A DNA stretch of 64,000 nucleotides from Patescibacteria group bacterium (GCA_027858235.1 JAQIDC010000036.1:10664-74663), one strand, 5' to 3'. Shown: positions 1 through 9,754, counted from the stretch's first letter. Program-made: numbers and translations. Notes: generated by a model not told the origin, from the letters alone.

Positions 1-997
1 AGAGAACGGTTGATGGAACAATAAAAAATAATATTTTTCTAAAAGTAGATGAAAAATTATGAACTAGTTTTTTCTTATCAAAAGCAAGGGCCGACAAGGT
101 TGGGAAGGCAGCAATAGCAAAAGATATTCCAAAAATACTAACTGGGAAAATTTGTAAATTATTGGCATAGTTAAAGACAGAAAGAGAACCAACACTCAAA
201 GTAGAGGCTATGATGGTTATTACTAAAAGATTAAATTGCCCAACTGCTAAACTCAGTGTTCTTGGAACCATCATGGTTGCAATCTTTAGAACATTGCTAT
301 TTTTATAATTTAGATTTAGTTTTGGTCTGTATCCAAGACCAAAAACAGTAGGCACCTGAATTATCATGTGGAGAAAGGCTCCCAAAACTACACCGTAGGC
401 AAGGCCGTATATTCCCCAGATTGGAGCGAAAAAAAGAGCACCGATAATTATTCCAATATTGTAAACAATAGGTGCTAGAGAATATATAAAAAATCTTTTA
501 TACGACTGCAAAACCCCACCCAAAATACTTGATATTCCTAAAAAAACTGGAGATAAAAACATAATCCTTGTGATATTAGCAGCCAATATTTGCTGTTCGG
601 AACTGAACCCGGGCGTTATCAGTTTCATCAAAAAAGGAGCAAAGACAATACCAAATGCTGACATTACAATCAAAGAGATACCAAGAATAGTAATAATAAT
701 ATTAGCTACTTCCCAGGCTTCTTTGTTGTGATTAATTTTTGCACTTGTCTTTTTTATTAACTGAGAAAAGATTGGAATAAATCCTGCCGAAAGAGCGCCT
801 AAAACAATTAGATTAAAAATAAGGTCTGGAATACGAAAGGCTGCAAAGTAAATATCCAGTGTCTCACCTAAGCCAAACTCTGCACCTAGGATACGATCAC
901 GAAAAATACCCAAGAATCGACTTAGCAAAGAAGATAGCGCCACCATTAGTGCCGCTATTGAAATACTATCAATTTTACACAACAATCTTTTTATCAT
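1..997 (-). CDS. murJ: Lipid II flippase MurJ/MviN, first ~332 codons; gene continues past the left window edge
   Basis: Not in ORF track (no in-window stop). Manual translation from ATG 997-995: MIKRLLCKIDSISIAALMVALSSLLSRFLGIFRDRILGAEFGLGETLDIYFAAFRIPDLIFNLIVLGALSAGFIPIFS, the conserved MurJ N-terminus. Spot checks at 2-121 and 781-997 show the frame open. Confidence 0.75.
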   Translation of the reverse strand, partial: MIKRLLCKIDSISIAALMVALSSLLSRFLGIFRDRILGAEFGLGETLDIYFAAFRIPDLIFNLIVLGALSAGFIPIFSQLIKKTSAKINHNKEAWEVANIIITILGISLIVMSAFGIVFAPFLMKLITPGFSSEQQILAANITRIMFLSPVFLGISSILGGVLQSYKRFFIYSLAPIVYNIGIIIGALFFAPIWGIYGLAYGVVLGAFLHMIIQVPTVFGLGYRPKLNLNYKNSNVLKIATMMVPRTLSLAVGQFNLLVITIIASTLSVGSLSVFNYANNLQIFPVSIFGISFAIAAFPTLSALAFDKKKLVHNFSSTFRKILFFIVPSTVL

Positions 998-998
998 T

Positions 999-2048
999 TT
1001 AATCTACTAATTTTCTTGTTTCCCTGGCTATTAATGCCTCTTCATTTGTTTCAAAGCTAATGTTTTTATGCTTTCCTAGAAATTTTGTATTATTTATAAT
1101 TTCATTGCGAGTCACAGAATCTCCCGCGCCAATTCCTCCAGAAAATACTATTGCATCAAGTTTTCCGCCGAGAGCAACAAAATAGGCTCCAATATATTTA
1201 GATAGTCTGTAGGTAGCAACATTAAAAGCGAGTCTGGCCTTTTTATTACCGAGGTTCATTTCACGAAGCAAGACCTGATAATCATCAATACCGCCTGATA
1301 AGCCTTTTATACCTGAATTATTGTTTAGGATATCATACAGTTTTTCAATATCATTTTGAGTACCGATCCCTTCTCTTAATATTTCAAAAACTACCCCTGA
1401 ACCAATATCTCCAGCTCTCGTCATCATAACCAATCCTTCCAGTGGTGTAAAGCCCATAGAAGTATCTATCGGTTTCCCATTTTTTATGGCCGTAATTGAC
1501 CAACCACCCCCTAGATGACAAGTTATTAAATTTAGTTTACTAAGTGGTTTCCCTAATTCTTGAGCTGCTTCGTGAGCTATGTAGTTATGAGAAATACCAT
1601 GAAAACCATATCTTTTTATACTATACCTTTCGGCCAAATCGTCAGGGATGGCATAAACTCTAGCTTTTTCTGGAATATTAGAAAAAAAAGCTGTATCGAA
1701 TACAGCAACCTGTGGAGTGTTTGGCAAAAATTCAGATATTATTTTAATTCCTAACAAATTATATGGATTATGAAGTGGTGCTAGATTGTTAATTTTTTCT
1801 AAACGTTCAAGAATATTTTCATTAATAATTACAGGTTCAACAAAATCTTCTCCACCATGAACAATCCGATGTCCAACAGCGCTAATGTCTGAAACATCAC
1901 CAACTTCTCTTAGAATTTTTTTAATTATCTTCTCGTGATTATTCTCTACTAAAAACTTCTCTCTTTTTATTTCATTTCCAGAAACATCAAACAACTTATA
2001 TTTCAAAGAGGTTGAGCCACTATTAATAACTAAAATATTTTGTGACAT
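999..2048 (-). CDS. ackA: Acetate kinase
   Basis: 349 aa with ILVINSGSTSLKYKLF, AVGHRIVHGG, GFHGISH, FSGGIGAGDS and a C-terminal TNEEALIARET. This is the ASKHA acetate/propionate kinase pattern, though somewhat short. Confidence 0.9.
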   Translation of the reverse strand: MSQNILVINSGSTSLKYKLFDVSGNEIKREKFLVENNHEKIIKKILREVGDVSDISAVGHRIVHGGEDFVEPVIINENILERLEKINNLAPLHNPYNLLGIKIISEFLPNTPQVAVFDTAFFSNIPEKARVYAIPDDLAERYSIKRYGFHGISHNYIAHEAAQELGKPLSKLNLITCHLGGGWSITAIKNGKPIDTSMGFTPLEGLVMMTRAGDIGSGVVFEILREGIGTQNDIEKLYDILNNNSGIKGLSGGIDDYQVLLREMNLGNKKARLAFNVATYRLSKYIGAYFVALGGKLDAIVFSGGIGAGDSVTRNEIINNTKFLGKHKNISFETNEEALIARETRKLVD

Positions 2049-2095
2049 ACTTTTTATAAATTCTAATAACTAAGCACCAAACTCTAAACAAATTC

Positions 2096-2137
2096 AAATC
2101 ATTAAATACAAATCATTAATTACAAATATTCAAAACA
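2096..2137. repeat. Tandem 14-nt repeat x3 in pduL-ackA spacer
   Basis: AAATCATTAAATAC / AAATCATTAATTAC / AAATATTCAAAACA, read directly from the sequence. Confidence 0.7.
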
Positions 2138-2170
2138 GTTTTATATTTTAAGACTTAGAATTTTGTATTT

Positions 2171-2205
2171 GTTTAGTATTTAGAATTTAGAGCTTAGAGT
2201 TTATA
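2171..2205. repeat. Tandem heptamer array, 5 units (35 nt)
   Basis: GTTTAGT ATTTAGA ATTTAGA GCTTAGA GTTTATA. The array ends 2 nt from the pduL stop codon (2208-2210). Confidence 0.75.
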
Positions 2206-2207
2206 CT

Positions 2208-2780
2208 CTACACTATTACTTCTCCCTTTTGACCTTTAAACCCGCAGGCATTAGCCTCGTCAGTATCAATATGCATGCTCAACTCATAGTTTTCATTTGT
2301 CTTTACTTTTACTTTATCAAAAATCAAAGCTCTCTCTCCATTAATTTTAACTTTAACAATTTGACCATTTCTTAATCCCAATTTCTTAGCTTGTTTTATG
2401 CTGGCGTGAATATGCCTATTGGCCAGGATAGCAGCTTCTTTCTTGTTCACACTAGCGATTGGACCAACAAGGGTAATTGGTGAACTTTTTACTAAATCTC
2501 CGCTCATTCTGGCTGGTGGAGTTAGCCCTAGTTTAATAGCATCTGTTCCAGATATTTCAACCTGAGTATAGGACCTCAGGGGGCCGATTATTCTAACACT
2601 AGAAAACTCTCCTTTTTTTGTTTTAATACCAATTTTTTCCTTACAGGCAAACTCGCCAGGTTGTGATAAATTTTTCAAAGGAGTTAGGCTCGCATTTGCA
2701 CCAAATAATTTTTTAAAATCATTTTCACTTAGGTGGCAATGTCTAGCTGATACCTCAACTTTTATTTTAAATGTTTTCAT
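2208..2780 (-). CDS. pduL: PduL-type phosphate acyltransferase (phosphotransacetylase)
   Basis: 190 aa with a duplicated PduL-like signature (VEVSARHCHLS and ILANRHIHAS). It lies directly upstream of ackA on the same strand. Confidence 0.8.
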   Translation of the reverse strand: MKTFKIKVEVSARHCHLSENDFKKLFGANASLTPLKNLSQPGEFACKEKIGIKTKKGEFSSVRIIGPLRSYTQVEISGTDAIKLGLTPPARMSGDLVKSSPITLVGPIASVNKKEAAILANRHIHASIKQAKKLGLRNGQIVKVKINGERALIFDKVKVKTNENYELSMHIDTDEANACGFKGQKGEVIV

Positions 2781-3769
2781 AATATTTCTGGTATTTTCTT
2801 CTTTGTTAAAAGGCCATTTTGAGCTCCTTGATGTTCTATGACAGATGCGGCGTTATACATACCAAGCTTTAGCGAACGTTGAATATCTTCATCGTATTTA
2901 TTGAGCCCGGCCACAAAAGTGGCTCCGAAGGCATCTCCAACGCCAGTAGTGTCGCTCACTTTCCTTGCTTTTATAATATTTTCGCTATAAAATTTAATGC
3001 CGTCATAAGCTTCGGCGCCCTCACTGCCATTGGTTATTAACACAATTTGTGGACCCCATTCTTTAATAATATGAAGTAGATTTTTGGTATTATTTAAAAA
3101 CTTATTATCTTTACTTCGGTATTTTTCATCTGACAACACTAGTTCAAGCGCCTCGTCTTTATTTAGGCTCAGAACGTATGTTCGTTCTAGATATTTTTTT
3201 AATAATTTGTGTCCAGCTTTTAACTGAGTTCCACCAGGATTCCATGCTATTTTTGCCTTATTGGTTGAAAAAACTTTATTTAAAACATCTTGCCAATGAC
3301 CCGAAAGAGAAGAAACATAAACCCAATCAGCACTCCTAATCGCTTTTAACTCTTTTTCTCTAATTTTTAATAAATTATTTGAAGCCCTGTCAGAAAATAA
3401 TATATGTTCATTTTCTGGGCCGATTAGAAGAAAAGAAAAACTACTTCCCCCAGAAACTCGTTGAATTAACTTGGTGTTGACACCAAAAGTCTTCAGATTT
3501 TTTATTACCCTTGCTCCCCTGTCATCATCTCCAAGAGCACTTATAATAGATGCGTCGAGACCAAGCGAGGACAAACAAGCAGCCACGTTCGCAGCTCCTC
3601 CTCCAAAAGATGAGTAAGATTTATTTACTTTTATTTTAGTGCCGAACTCGAAAGCAAGTAAATTTTGGCGAAGTAAGTCTTCTTTGTTGTCAATTAGTAT
3701 TCCTCCTTCGGTATAAAGAGCAATATCCTCAGTACATCCACCAATTGTAATAATCTTTGTTTTTAACAT
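2777..3769 (-). CDS. PfkB-family carbohydrate/nucleoside kinase
   Basis: 330 aa with PfkB signature 1 (GGGAANVAACLSSLG) and signature 2 (DTTGVGDAFGATFVAGL). Its end overlaps the pduL start by 4 nt. Confidence 0.8.
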   Translation of the reverse strand: MLKTKIITIGGCTEDIALYTEGGILIDNKEDLLRQNLLAFEFGTKIKVNKSYSSFGGGAANVAACLSSLGLDASIISALGDDDRGARVIKNLKTFGVNTKLIQRVSGGSSFSFLLIGPENEHILFSDRASNNLLKIREKELKAIRSADWVYVSSLSGHWQDVLNKVFSTNKAKIAWNPGGTQLKAGHKLLKKYLERTYVLSLNKDEALELVLSDEKYRSKDNKFLNNTKNLLHIIKEWGPQIVLITNGSEGAEAYDGIKFYSENIIKARKVSDTTGVGDAFGATFVAGLNKYDEDIQRSLKLGMYNAASVIEHQGAQNGLLTKKKIPEIL

Positions 3770-3835
3770 AAGAAAATGTATTATTTTTACTAACTATTAT
3801 TATACCATATTTAGATATCATCCACCAAGATAATT

Positions 3836-3875
3836 TAAAAAAGCTAAGCTCTTAATTAAAGCTTAGCTTTTTATA
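3836..3875 (-). terminator. Rho-independent terminator after the ABC operon
   Basis: 10-bp stem AAAGCTAAGC/GCTTAGCTTT (3840-3849 / 3861-3870). It is followed by a T-run on the minus strand and lies 13 nt 3' of the 3888 stop. Confidence 0.7.
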
Positions 3876-3887
3876 TTTTATTGTATT

Positions 3888-4799
3888 CTATCTCAAATCC
3901 CTGATACTAGTATCTAGAGTTTCTTTCTGCTCTGAACTAATCAAATAAATATTATCACTACTCCCCTTTTTGGCGAAGAAATTACCCTCAGCATTCTCTC
4001 CTCCAACCATAAGAACATTTTGAACTCCATCTCCACTAACTTCTACTATTACAGAATGGTTTTCAAGTCCCGTTCCTTCGAAAGTTTGTGCTGGGATGCC
4101 TGCGGCATTCAGGCTAGTCATTATTTCAAGAACTTTATTAATCTTCTCTTCATCTACGCTAAATGAATAAGGGAGGGTTCCCTTCCATTCTTCATCTATC
4201 TTTTCTATACTAAATTCACTATTTGGATATTGAAATCTAATTTTGTTGGCTAATTCAGGGCCTCCAGCAAAAATCATTGTATCATACCAAGAATTAACAT
4301 CCTTATTGAAAGCATAGCCTATATTAGCACCGACCTTATATATGTTGTTTGAATCAGGGATGGAAACATAAGAGCCAGCGAAATCATTAGTCATTTTTCC
4401 TACTATAAAATCAATCAATACCCCTTCACTATCTTCAAGACTTACTCTAGTCCCGCTCTCATCTGTTTCAAATTCTGATTTTTTATCTTTATTATTACTT
4501 GCTAAATCAAAATTGGCCTCAATAGCTTCTTCCATATATGTCACGAAAATTTCATCTGTATCTTTGACATAAAAGTCCTTTGTATCAGCTATTTTCCATT
4601 TTTCTCCCTGTCTCTCAAAACTTATTTTTTCTCCATTTTTTTCTAGATTTATCTTGATAACTTCTTCGAATTTAATTTTATCAAAGAAATTATCTGGCCT
4701 TCCTAAGTTTTTCTTCCAATCCATGATTGGTTCAAATACAAAAGCCAAAGCTAATAAAAAAACGAATACCCCTCCCAGAATAATATTTTCTTTTCTCAT
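3888..4799 (-). CDS. Membrane-anchored protein, DUF4340-like; last gene of the GldG-type ABC operon
   Basis: 303 aa with a single N-terminal TM. The slot after a GldG-like gene is the usual DUF4340 position; this is recalled family knowledge, not searched. Confidence 0.5.
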   Translation of the reverse strand: MRKENIILGGVFVFLLALAFVFEPIMDWKKNLGRPDNFFDKIKFEEVIKINLEKNGEKISFERQGEKWKIADTKDFYVKDTDEIFVTYMEEAIEANFDLASNNKDKKSEFETDESGTRVSLEDSEGVLIDFIVGKMTNDFAGSYVSIPDSNNIYKVGANIGYAFNKDVNSWYDTMIFAGGPELANKIRFQYPNSEFSIEKIDEEWKGTLPYSFSVDEEKINKVLEIMTSLNAAGIPAQTFEGTGLENHSVIVEVSGDGVQNVLMVGGENAEGNFFAKKGSSDNIYLISSEQKETLDTSIRDLR

Positions 4800-4817
4800 A
4801 ATCTTTTATGTTAATTT

Positions 4818-6374
4818 TTATAAATCATCAACAAATCTTGATTTTTTTCTCAAGAAATATCTAGAAAGTCCAATTGTCAAAACTAAAACGGTTACCCCAA
4901 AAACATTCAAATATCTTATCAAAACTTTTTGGCCGTCACTTATGTCTGTCTCAATTGGTCGACTAGTAATTCCTTTTGATCTAACTTCAATCAAATCGCC
5001 ATCCAAAGAAAGGCTATCAGTAATGTTTTGAAAAAATACTAAATTATCCGCCATGGTTACAAGATTTCCTGAAGCAAAATCACTATCACCAACAACTAAA
5101 ATTCTTGAAAAAATTGTATCTTCTATTCCATACGGGCTCTTGAACTTAGCGCTAACATCAACTGCTAAGTTGCTTGTTTGTGTTTTGTTGGGAGTGAAAG
5201 TTTGCTGAGGATTTAAATCATATTTACCAGTCTGTCTCCAGGATTTGTCAGATGATTTAGCAAGGTAAGATATGTTATAATTTTCTCCCAATTTTGTTTT
5301 ATCTACATCAATGCTTGATGCCCATTGCAAGACAACGTTCTCAAGCTTTGATACAGCTGAATTGTCTTGATCAAACCCATCTTTTGCAATCTTCGGCCAA
5401 TAAGAATAGCTTGTCTGGAATGTAAAAAATCCTTGATTAAAAGACGCTACTCCTGAATTCGCTTTCGATTCCAGCACCATGTCATTGTTTATTTTTATAC
5501 CATAATTTGTTAGCAAATTATTTAGTCCATTATTTTTGTTTGTGGCTTGCAATCCCTCGTCTATTGCCACACCTTCATCTAGGACTAAAAGATTCCCACC
5601 TTTCGCCACATAAGCATCTATTTTCACTAAGCCCCCCTCTGGTATCTCCTCTTTAGGGCTAACTATAATGAGTGTTTTTAGGCTTGTGTCTATTTCTTCA
5701 ACACTAAGCAGGTCAACATCCACCACCTCATAAAGTTCTTCTAGTTTTTGAATTCCCCCGCCAAGACTTTCTCTGTCTAGGGATCCATAACCGTTAAGAA
5801 GTCCTAATTTGATTGTTTCTCCAGAGGTTAACTTCTTAATTGCAAGCGTAATCTGATATTCCAAACTCTTGGTATCTTGAACTACAGGAATAATTTCAGA
5901 ATCACTTCCATATCCTATGGACATGCCCATATATCCTCTAACCAATTGCATTTGGTCCTTTTCAAAAACTTCAAACTGAAGTTCTGGTATTCCCTGCGCA
6001 TAAAGAGAGCTAGCTAGCTCTTCGTCATCAGTGGGGTCAATAAACTCAATTCTCACATTACCGCTTGAATAATTATCATAAGCATCTAGAATATCTCCGA
6101 CATTTTCTCTTAATGAAATAAATTGACTAGGTAGATTTTTACTGAAATAGACTTTAATGTTTACAACATCATCTAAATTTTTGAGCGTATTTTTTGTTAC
6201 TGCTGAAACTGTAAACTCTTTGTTTTGAGTTAAATCTAGTCTTGTAAATATTTTATAAGAAAAGAAATTGACCAAAATTATAATACCAATAATGGATAAT
6301 AGAGTTACATATGTTTCGCTACGTTGTTTTATTTTTTTCATAATTTTATTTCCAAGTTCTGTTCTCAATAACAC
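4818..6374 (-). CDS. GldG-like auxiliary component of an ABC-2 transporter
   Basis: 518 aa with N- and C-terminal TM anchors around a large external domain (VNIKVYFSKNLPSQF, IEFIDPTDDEE). The likelier start is MKKIKQRSETY at 6341, which removes the overlap with the permease. Confidence 0.65.
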   Translation of the reverse strand: MLLRTELGNKIMKKIKQRSETYVTLLSIIGIIILVNFFSYKIFTRLDLTQNKEFTVSAVTKNTLKNLDDVVNIKVYFSKNLPSQFISLRENVGDILDAYDNYSSGNVRIEFIDPTDDEELASSLYAQGIPELQFEVFEKDQMQLVRGYMGMSIGYGSDSEIIPVVQDTKSLEYQITLAIKKLTSGETIKLGLLNGYGSLDRESLGGGIQKLEELYEVVDVDLLSVEEIDTSLKTLIIVSPKEEIPEGGLVKIDAYVAKGGNLLVLDEGVAIDEGLQATNKNNGLNNLLTNYGIKINNDMVLESKANSGVASFNQGFFTFQTSYSYWPKIAKDGFDQDNSAVSKLENVVLQWASSIDVDKTKLGENYNISYLAKSSDKSWRQTGKYDLNPQQTFTPNKTQTSNLAVDVSAKFKSPYGIEDTIFSRILVVGDSDFASGNLVTMADNLVFFQNITDSLSLDGDLIEVRSKGITSRPIETDISDGQKVLIRYLNVFGVTVLVLTIGLSRYFLRKKSRFVDDL

Positions 6375-7077
6375 GCGCGTTGAGCCACAGGAACATAAAT
6401 ATAAATGAAATATAGTAAATTACATCTTTTGAATCAATTACTCCCCTAGCAATACTGTTAAAATGACTTCCGAGCCCAATAAACTTCATAATAGGGGCTA
6501 GAGCCATTGGAGCACCTGCCAGAACAAAGTCCGCACCGATAATAAAGAATCCAAAGCAAGCCATCACTCCAAGAATAAAAGCTATAATCTGATTTTTTGT
6601 AAGACTCGATATAAATAAACCGAGAGCCAAATAAGATCCTCCCAAGAAAAGAGCACCAAGGTATGAACCAATAATTGGACCCATGTCAGCGTTTCCAAGA
6701 GCAAAAATGGTAATAGGGAGAGTGAAGGTCATTAAAAGCGAAATAAAAAGGAAAACCAAAGCTCCAAAGAATTTTGCCAAAACCACCTGCCAGTTCGTTA
6801 TTGGGAGGGTTAATAAAAACTCTATCGTTCCACTTCTTTTTTCTTCTGCCCAAAGTCTCATAGTGAGAGCCGGGGCCAAAAATAGGAATATCCAAGGTAA
6901 CAATGAAAAGTAGTTTCTCATGCTCGCCTGTCCTATAATAAAAAACCATTTAAAAAAAAGCCAATTGCCCATAACGAGAAAAACTCCAATAAAAATATAG
7001 GCTATCGGAGAATTAAAGTATGACATTAACTCCTTCTTAAACAGTGAGTAAATTGTTTTTAAGTATTCTTTATTCAT
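6346..7077 (-). CDS. ABC-2 type transporter permease (GldF-like)
   Basis: 243 aa with about 6 TM segments, sitting between the ABC ATPase and the GldG-like gene. Confidence 0.7.
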   Translation of the reverse strand: MNKEYLKTIYSLFKKELMSYFNSPIAYIFIGVFLVMGNWLFFKWFFIIGQASMRNYFSLLPWIFLFLAPALTMRLWAEEKRSGTIEFLLTLPITNWQVVLAKFFGALVFLFISLLMTFTLPITIFALGNADMGPIIGSYLGALFLGGSYLALGLFISSLTKNQIIAFILGVMACFGFFIIGADFVLAGAPMALAPIMKFIGLGSHFNSIARGVIDSKDVIYYISFIFMFLWLNARVIENRTWK

Positions 7078-7083
7078 ATATTT

Positions 7084-8013
7084 TTATTTTGTTAATTCTC
7101 TAAAGACGTCTTCAAGACTTGTTTTCTTTCGACTATATTCAAGGATAGGCCATCCTTGTTGAGCGACAGCAATAGACAGATATTCCCGGATATCGACTCC
7201 ATTTTTAGGCTCAATTGAATATCCATAAATATTAGAACTCTCTTTATCCTTTATTTCTACTTTTTCGATATTTTCTAAACCTCTTATTCTCTTTAGGGCG
7301 GCGTCTTTGTCTGCTTTTATTTTCAAATAGATCAATTCTTTATGAGCTGATTTTTCAGTTAGTTCATCTGGCTTCCCTTCTCCGACTATTTTACCATCAT
7401 TGATAATAATAATTCGGTCGCAAGTAGCTGAAACTTCACTCAAAATATGAGTTGAGAAAATGACTGTTTTTTCTTTTCCAATCTTTTTTATCAAATCTCT
7501 AATTTCAGCAATTTGATTTGGATCAAGCCCAGTAGTTGGCTCATCTAAGATTAATATATCAGGCTCATGAATGATGGCTTGAGCCAAGCCAACTCTTTGA
7601 CGAAAACCCTTTGAAAGTTCATCAATTGGTTTTCGCAAAACTTTTGACAAACCACAGGCCTCTGAGGCTTTAGTGATAGCATTTTTATGCTCACTCTTTT
7701 CTATACCTCTAATTTCGGCGATAAATTTTAGGTACTCAAAAACCCTCATTTCATCATAAAGAGGGACATTTTCCGGTAAATAACCAATTTTTCTTCTTAT
7801 TTCTAGTGAGTCTTCGGCAACATTTAGGCCGTCAATAATGACTTTGCCTTCACTTCCTGCCCAAAAAGAAGTGATAATTTTCATGGTAGTGGATTTTCCG
7901 GCACCATTTGGTCCCAGAAAACCTAATATTTCTCCTTGTTTTACAGAAAAACTGATATCATCCAAAATTTTGGTTGACCCAATTTTTTTGCTTAGATTTT
8001 TAACTTCAATCAT
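7084..8013 (-). CDS. ABC transporter ATP-binding protein
   Basis: Walker A GPNGAGKSTT, signature LSKGFRQRVGLA, Walker B ILILDEPTTGLD. I place the start at MIEVKNLSK (ATG 8013); the ORF-track start at 8082 adds an atypical 23 aa. Confidence 0.9.
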   Translation of the reverse strand: MIEVKNLSKKIGSTKILDDISFSVKQGEILGFLGPNGAGKSTTMKIITSFWAGSEGKVIIDGLNVAEDSLEIRRKIGYLPENVPLYDEMRVFEYLKFIAEIRGIEKSEHKNAITKASEACGLSKVLRKPIDELSKGFRQRVGLAQAIIHEPDILILDEPTTGLDPNQIAEIRDLIKKIGKEKTVIFSTHILSEVSATCDRIIIINDGKIVGEGKPDELTEKSAHKELIYLKIKADKDAALKRIRGLENIEKVEIKDKESSNIYGYSIEPKNGVDIREYLSIAVAQQGWPILEYSRKKTSLEDVFRELTK

Positions 8014-8070
8014 GGGGTTTTTCAAAAATAAAACTACACAGAATGCAGTATATTTATTTATTATATTGTA

Positions 8071-8099
8071 ATTATAGAGCAAAATACAGAATGCTTCAA
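8071..8099 (-). promoter_or_regulatory. Putative sigma-70 promoter of the ABC operon
   Basis: Minus strand reads TTGAAG-17 nt-TATAAT, about 60 nt upstream of ATG 8013. Confidence 0.35.
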
Positions 8100-8133
8100 T
8101 ATTGACAAAAGTCCTAGTTGATATTATAAAAAA

Positions 8134-8637
8134 TTAGTCTTCTTGGTCCTCTCTCCATTTTTTAAGTTTCTCTGCCTCCGCATCCAGTTTAGCTTCTGTT
8201 TGTTGTGAAACTCCTTTTCCTATCCCCCATATCTCCTCGGTTTCATCATTATTTCCCACAAATTCCTCAGGAGCTTCATCTGTGACAATCGTTTCAGTAA
8301 CAGAATTAGTCACACTATTATCAGGTTCACCTAAATTTTTCCATCTATCAGGAATACTTATATCAGAATATTCAGCTGATGACAATATTTCATAAACTAC
8401 AGGAACTAATTCTTTGTAAAACTCCTGAAGAAGACCATCGGTACGAAAGTATTTTTCACTACCTTCAATATTTTTTGCAACAGTTGAAATAAATATTTCA
8501 TTTAATTTTAATAGGTCATCATCACTATTTTTAGAACGTTCTAAATTAAGGGATGTATTAATAGCAGCTATTATTTTTTCTCTAGGTGGCAAAACTATTT
8601 TCTCAAGTCCTTGAAAAAAACTATCTTCATTAATCAT
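8134..8637 (-). CDS. Hypothetical acidic protein downstream of dnaJ
   Basis: 167 aa with an Asp/Glu-rich C-terminal half. There is a 16-nt gap after the dnaJ stop. No family recognised. Confidence 0.5.
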   Translation of the reverse strand: MINEDSFFQGLEKIVLPPREKIIAAINTSLNLERSKNSDDDLLKLNEIFISTVAKNIEGSEKYFRTDGLLQEFYKELVPVVYEILSSAEYSDISIPDRWKNLGEPDNSVTNSVTETIVTDEAPEEFVGNNDETEEIWGIGKGVSQQTEAKLDAEAEKLKKWREDQED

Positions 8638-8653
8638 TTTTTTATAATTAATA

Positions 8654-9724
8654 TTAAATATTTAAATCTTGTAAAATTTTCCTTTGTTTTTTATCTAAAT
8701 TTTTTGGAGTTAAAATAACAACTTTTACCAAATGATCCCCGCGTCCTCTTCCATTTAGTTTGTTCACTCCTCTGCCTTTCATCTTAAAAATAGTCCCTGA
8801 CTGAGTTCCTTCTGGTATTTTTAGTTTAACTACACCATCAACTGTTTCTACTTCTATTTTATCACCTAAAACAGCTTGAGTAAAACTAATTTCCTTTTTA
8901 GAGACAATGTCAATTCCTTCCCTAGAAAACCTTTTATCTTCCTTAACATTAACCCTGATATAAAGATCTCCCGCAGGAGCTCCCTTTTCTCCAGCCTCGC
9001 CGTTAGCAGGCATCCTTAAAGATTCACCGTTATCTATCCCGGCTGGAATTTTTATATTAAGTTTTATATTTTCTAGTGTTATTCCATGTCCATGACACTT
9101 AGTGCATTTCTGGGAAAATTCCTTCCCCTCGCCATTACAAGCAGGGCAAGTCGTTTGCGTCTGGATTGAACCAAGGATTGTTTGCTGAACTCTCGAAACA
9201 CGACCAGCACCATTACAAGTAGCGCAGGTTTCAACATCAGACCCAGGCTCCGCTCCTTCACCCTTACATTTATCACAAGTTGTTTTCTTTCTAATATTTA
9301 TTTCCTTCTCCACACCAAAAACTGCTTCAGAAAAATCAATGACTACATTTGTTTCTATATCAGATCCTCTCTGTGCTCTTTTTCTTCCTCCACCACCACC
9401 GAAGCCAAATATATCACCGAAGCCACCAAACATATCACCGAGGTCATCCATATTTATATTCATTCCGTCAAACCCACCAGGACCAGGTCCTCCAGCTCCA
9501 CCAGCTTGACCATTTTGAAAACCTGAACCAAATTGATCATACTGTGACTTTTTCTTAGCATCACCTAAAACCTGATAAGCTTCATTTATTTCTTTAAACT
9601 TTGCTTCATCTCCGGTTTTTTTATCTGGGTGATATTCATGAGCCTTTTTTCTAAAAGCTTTTTTTATTTCATCTTGAGAAGAACCCTTTTCAACTCCTAA
9701 AATTTTATAATAATCTTTTCCCAT
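8654..9724 (-). CDS. dnaJ: Molecular chaperone DnaJ (type I)
   Basis: J domain with HPD (AHEYHPDK), G/F-rich linker, and four CxxCxGxG zinc motifs (CDKCKGEG, CATCNGAG, CPACNGEG, CTKCHGHG). Confidence 0.95.
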   Translation of the reverse strand: MGKDYYKILGVEKGSSQDEIKKAFRKKAHEYHPDKKTGDEAKFKEINEAYQVLGDAKKKSQYDQFGSGFQNGQAGGAGGPGPGGFDGMNINMDDLGDMFGGFGDIFGFGGGGGRKRAQRGSDIETNVVIDFSEAVFGVEKEINIRKKTTCDKCKGEGAEPGSDVETCATCNGAGRVSRVQQTILGSIQTQTTCPACNGEGKEFSQKCTKCHGHGITLENIKLNIKIPAGIDNGESLRMPANGEAGEKGAPAGDLYIRVNVKEDKRFSREGIDIVSKKEISFTQAVLGDKIEVETVDGVVKLKIPEGTQSGTIFKMKGRGVNKLNGRGRGDHLVKVVILTPKNLDKKQRKILQDLNI

Positions 9725-9754
9725 TATTTTATTAACATATACACAAAATTATTT

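Noticed and set aside
7084-8082. The ORF-track N-terminal extension of the ABC ATPase (MLYNYNIINKYTAFCVVLFLKNP...), and similarly the extensions of the HU ORF (48473-48517) and the 52831-53253 ORF.
   Set aside because: The extensions are hydrophobic or atypical and precede the canonical family N-termini (MIEVKNL; MAKMTKSQL; MAEAYNTL). Internal ATG starts were preferred.
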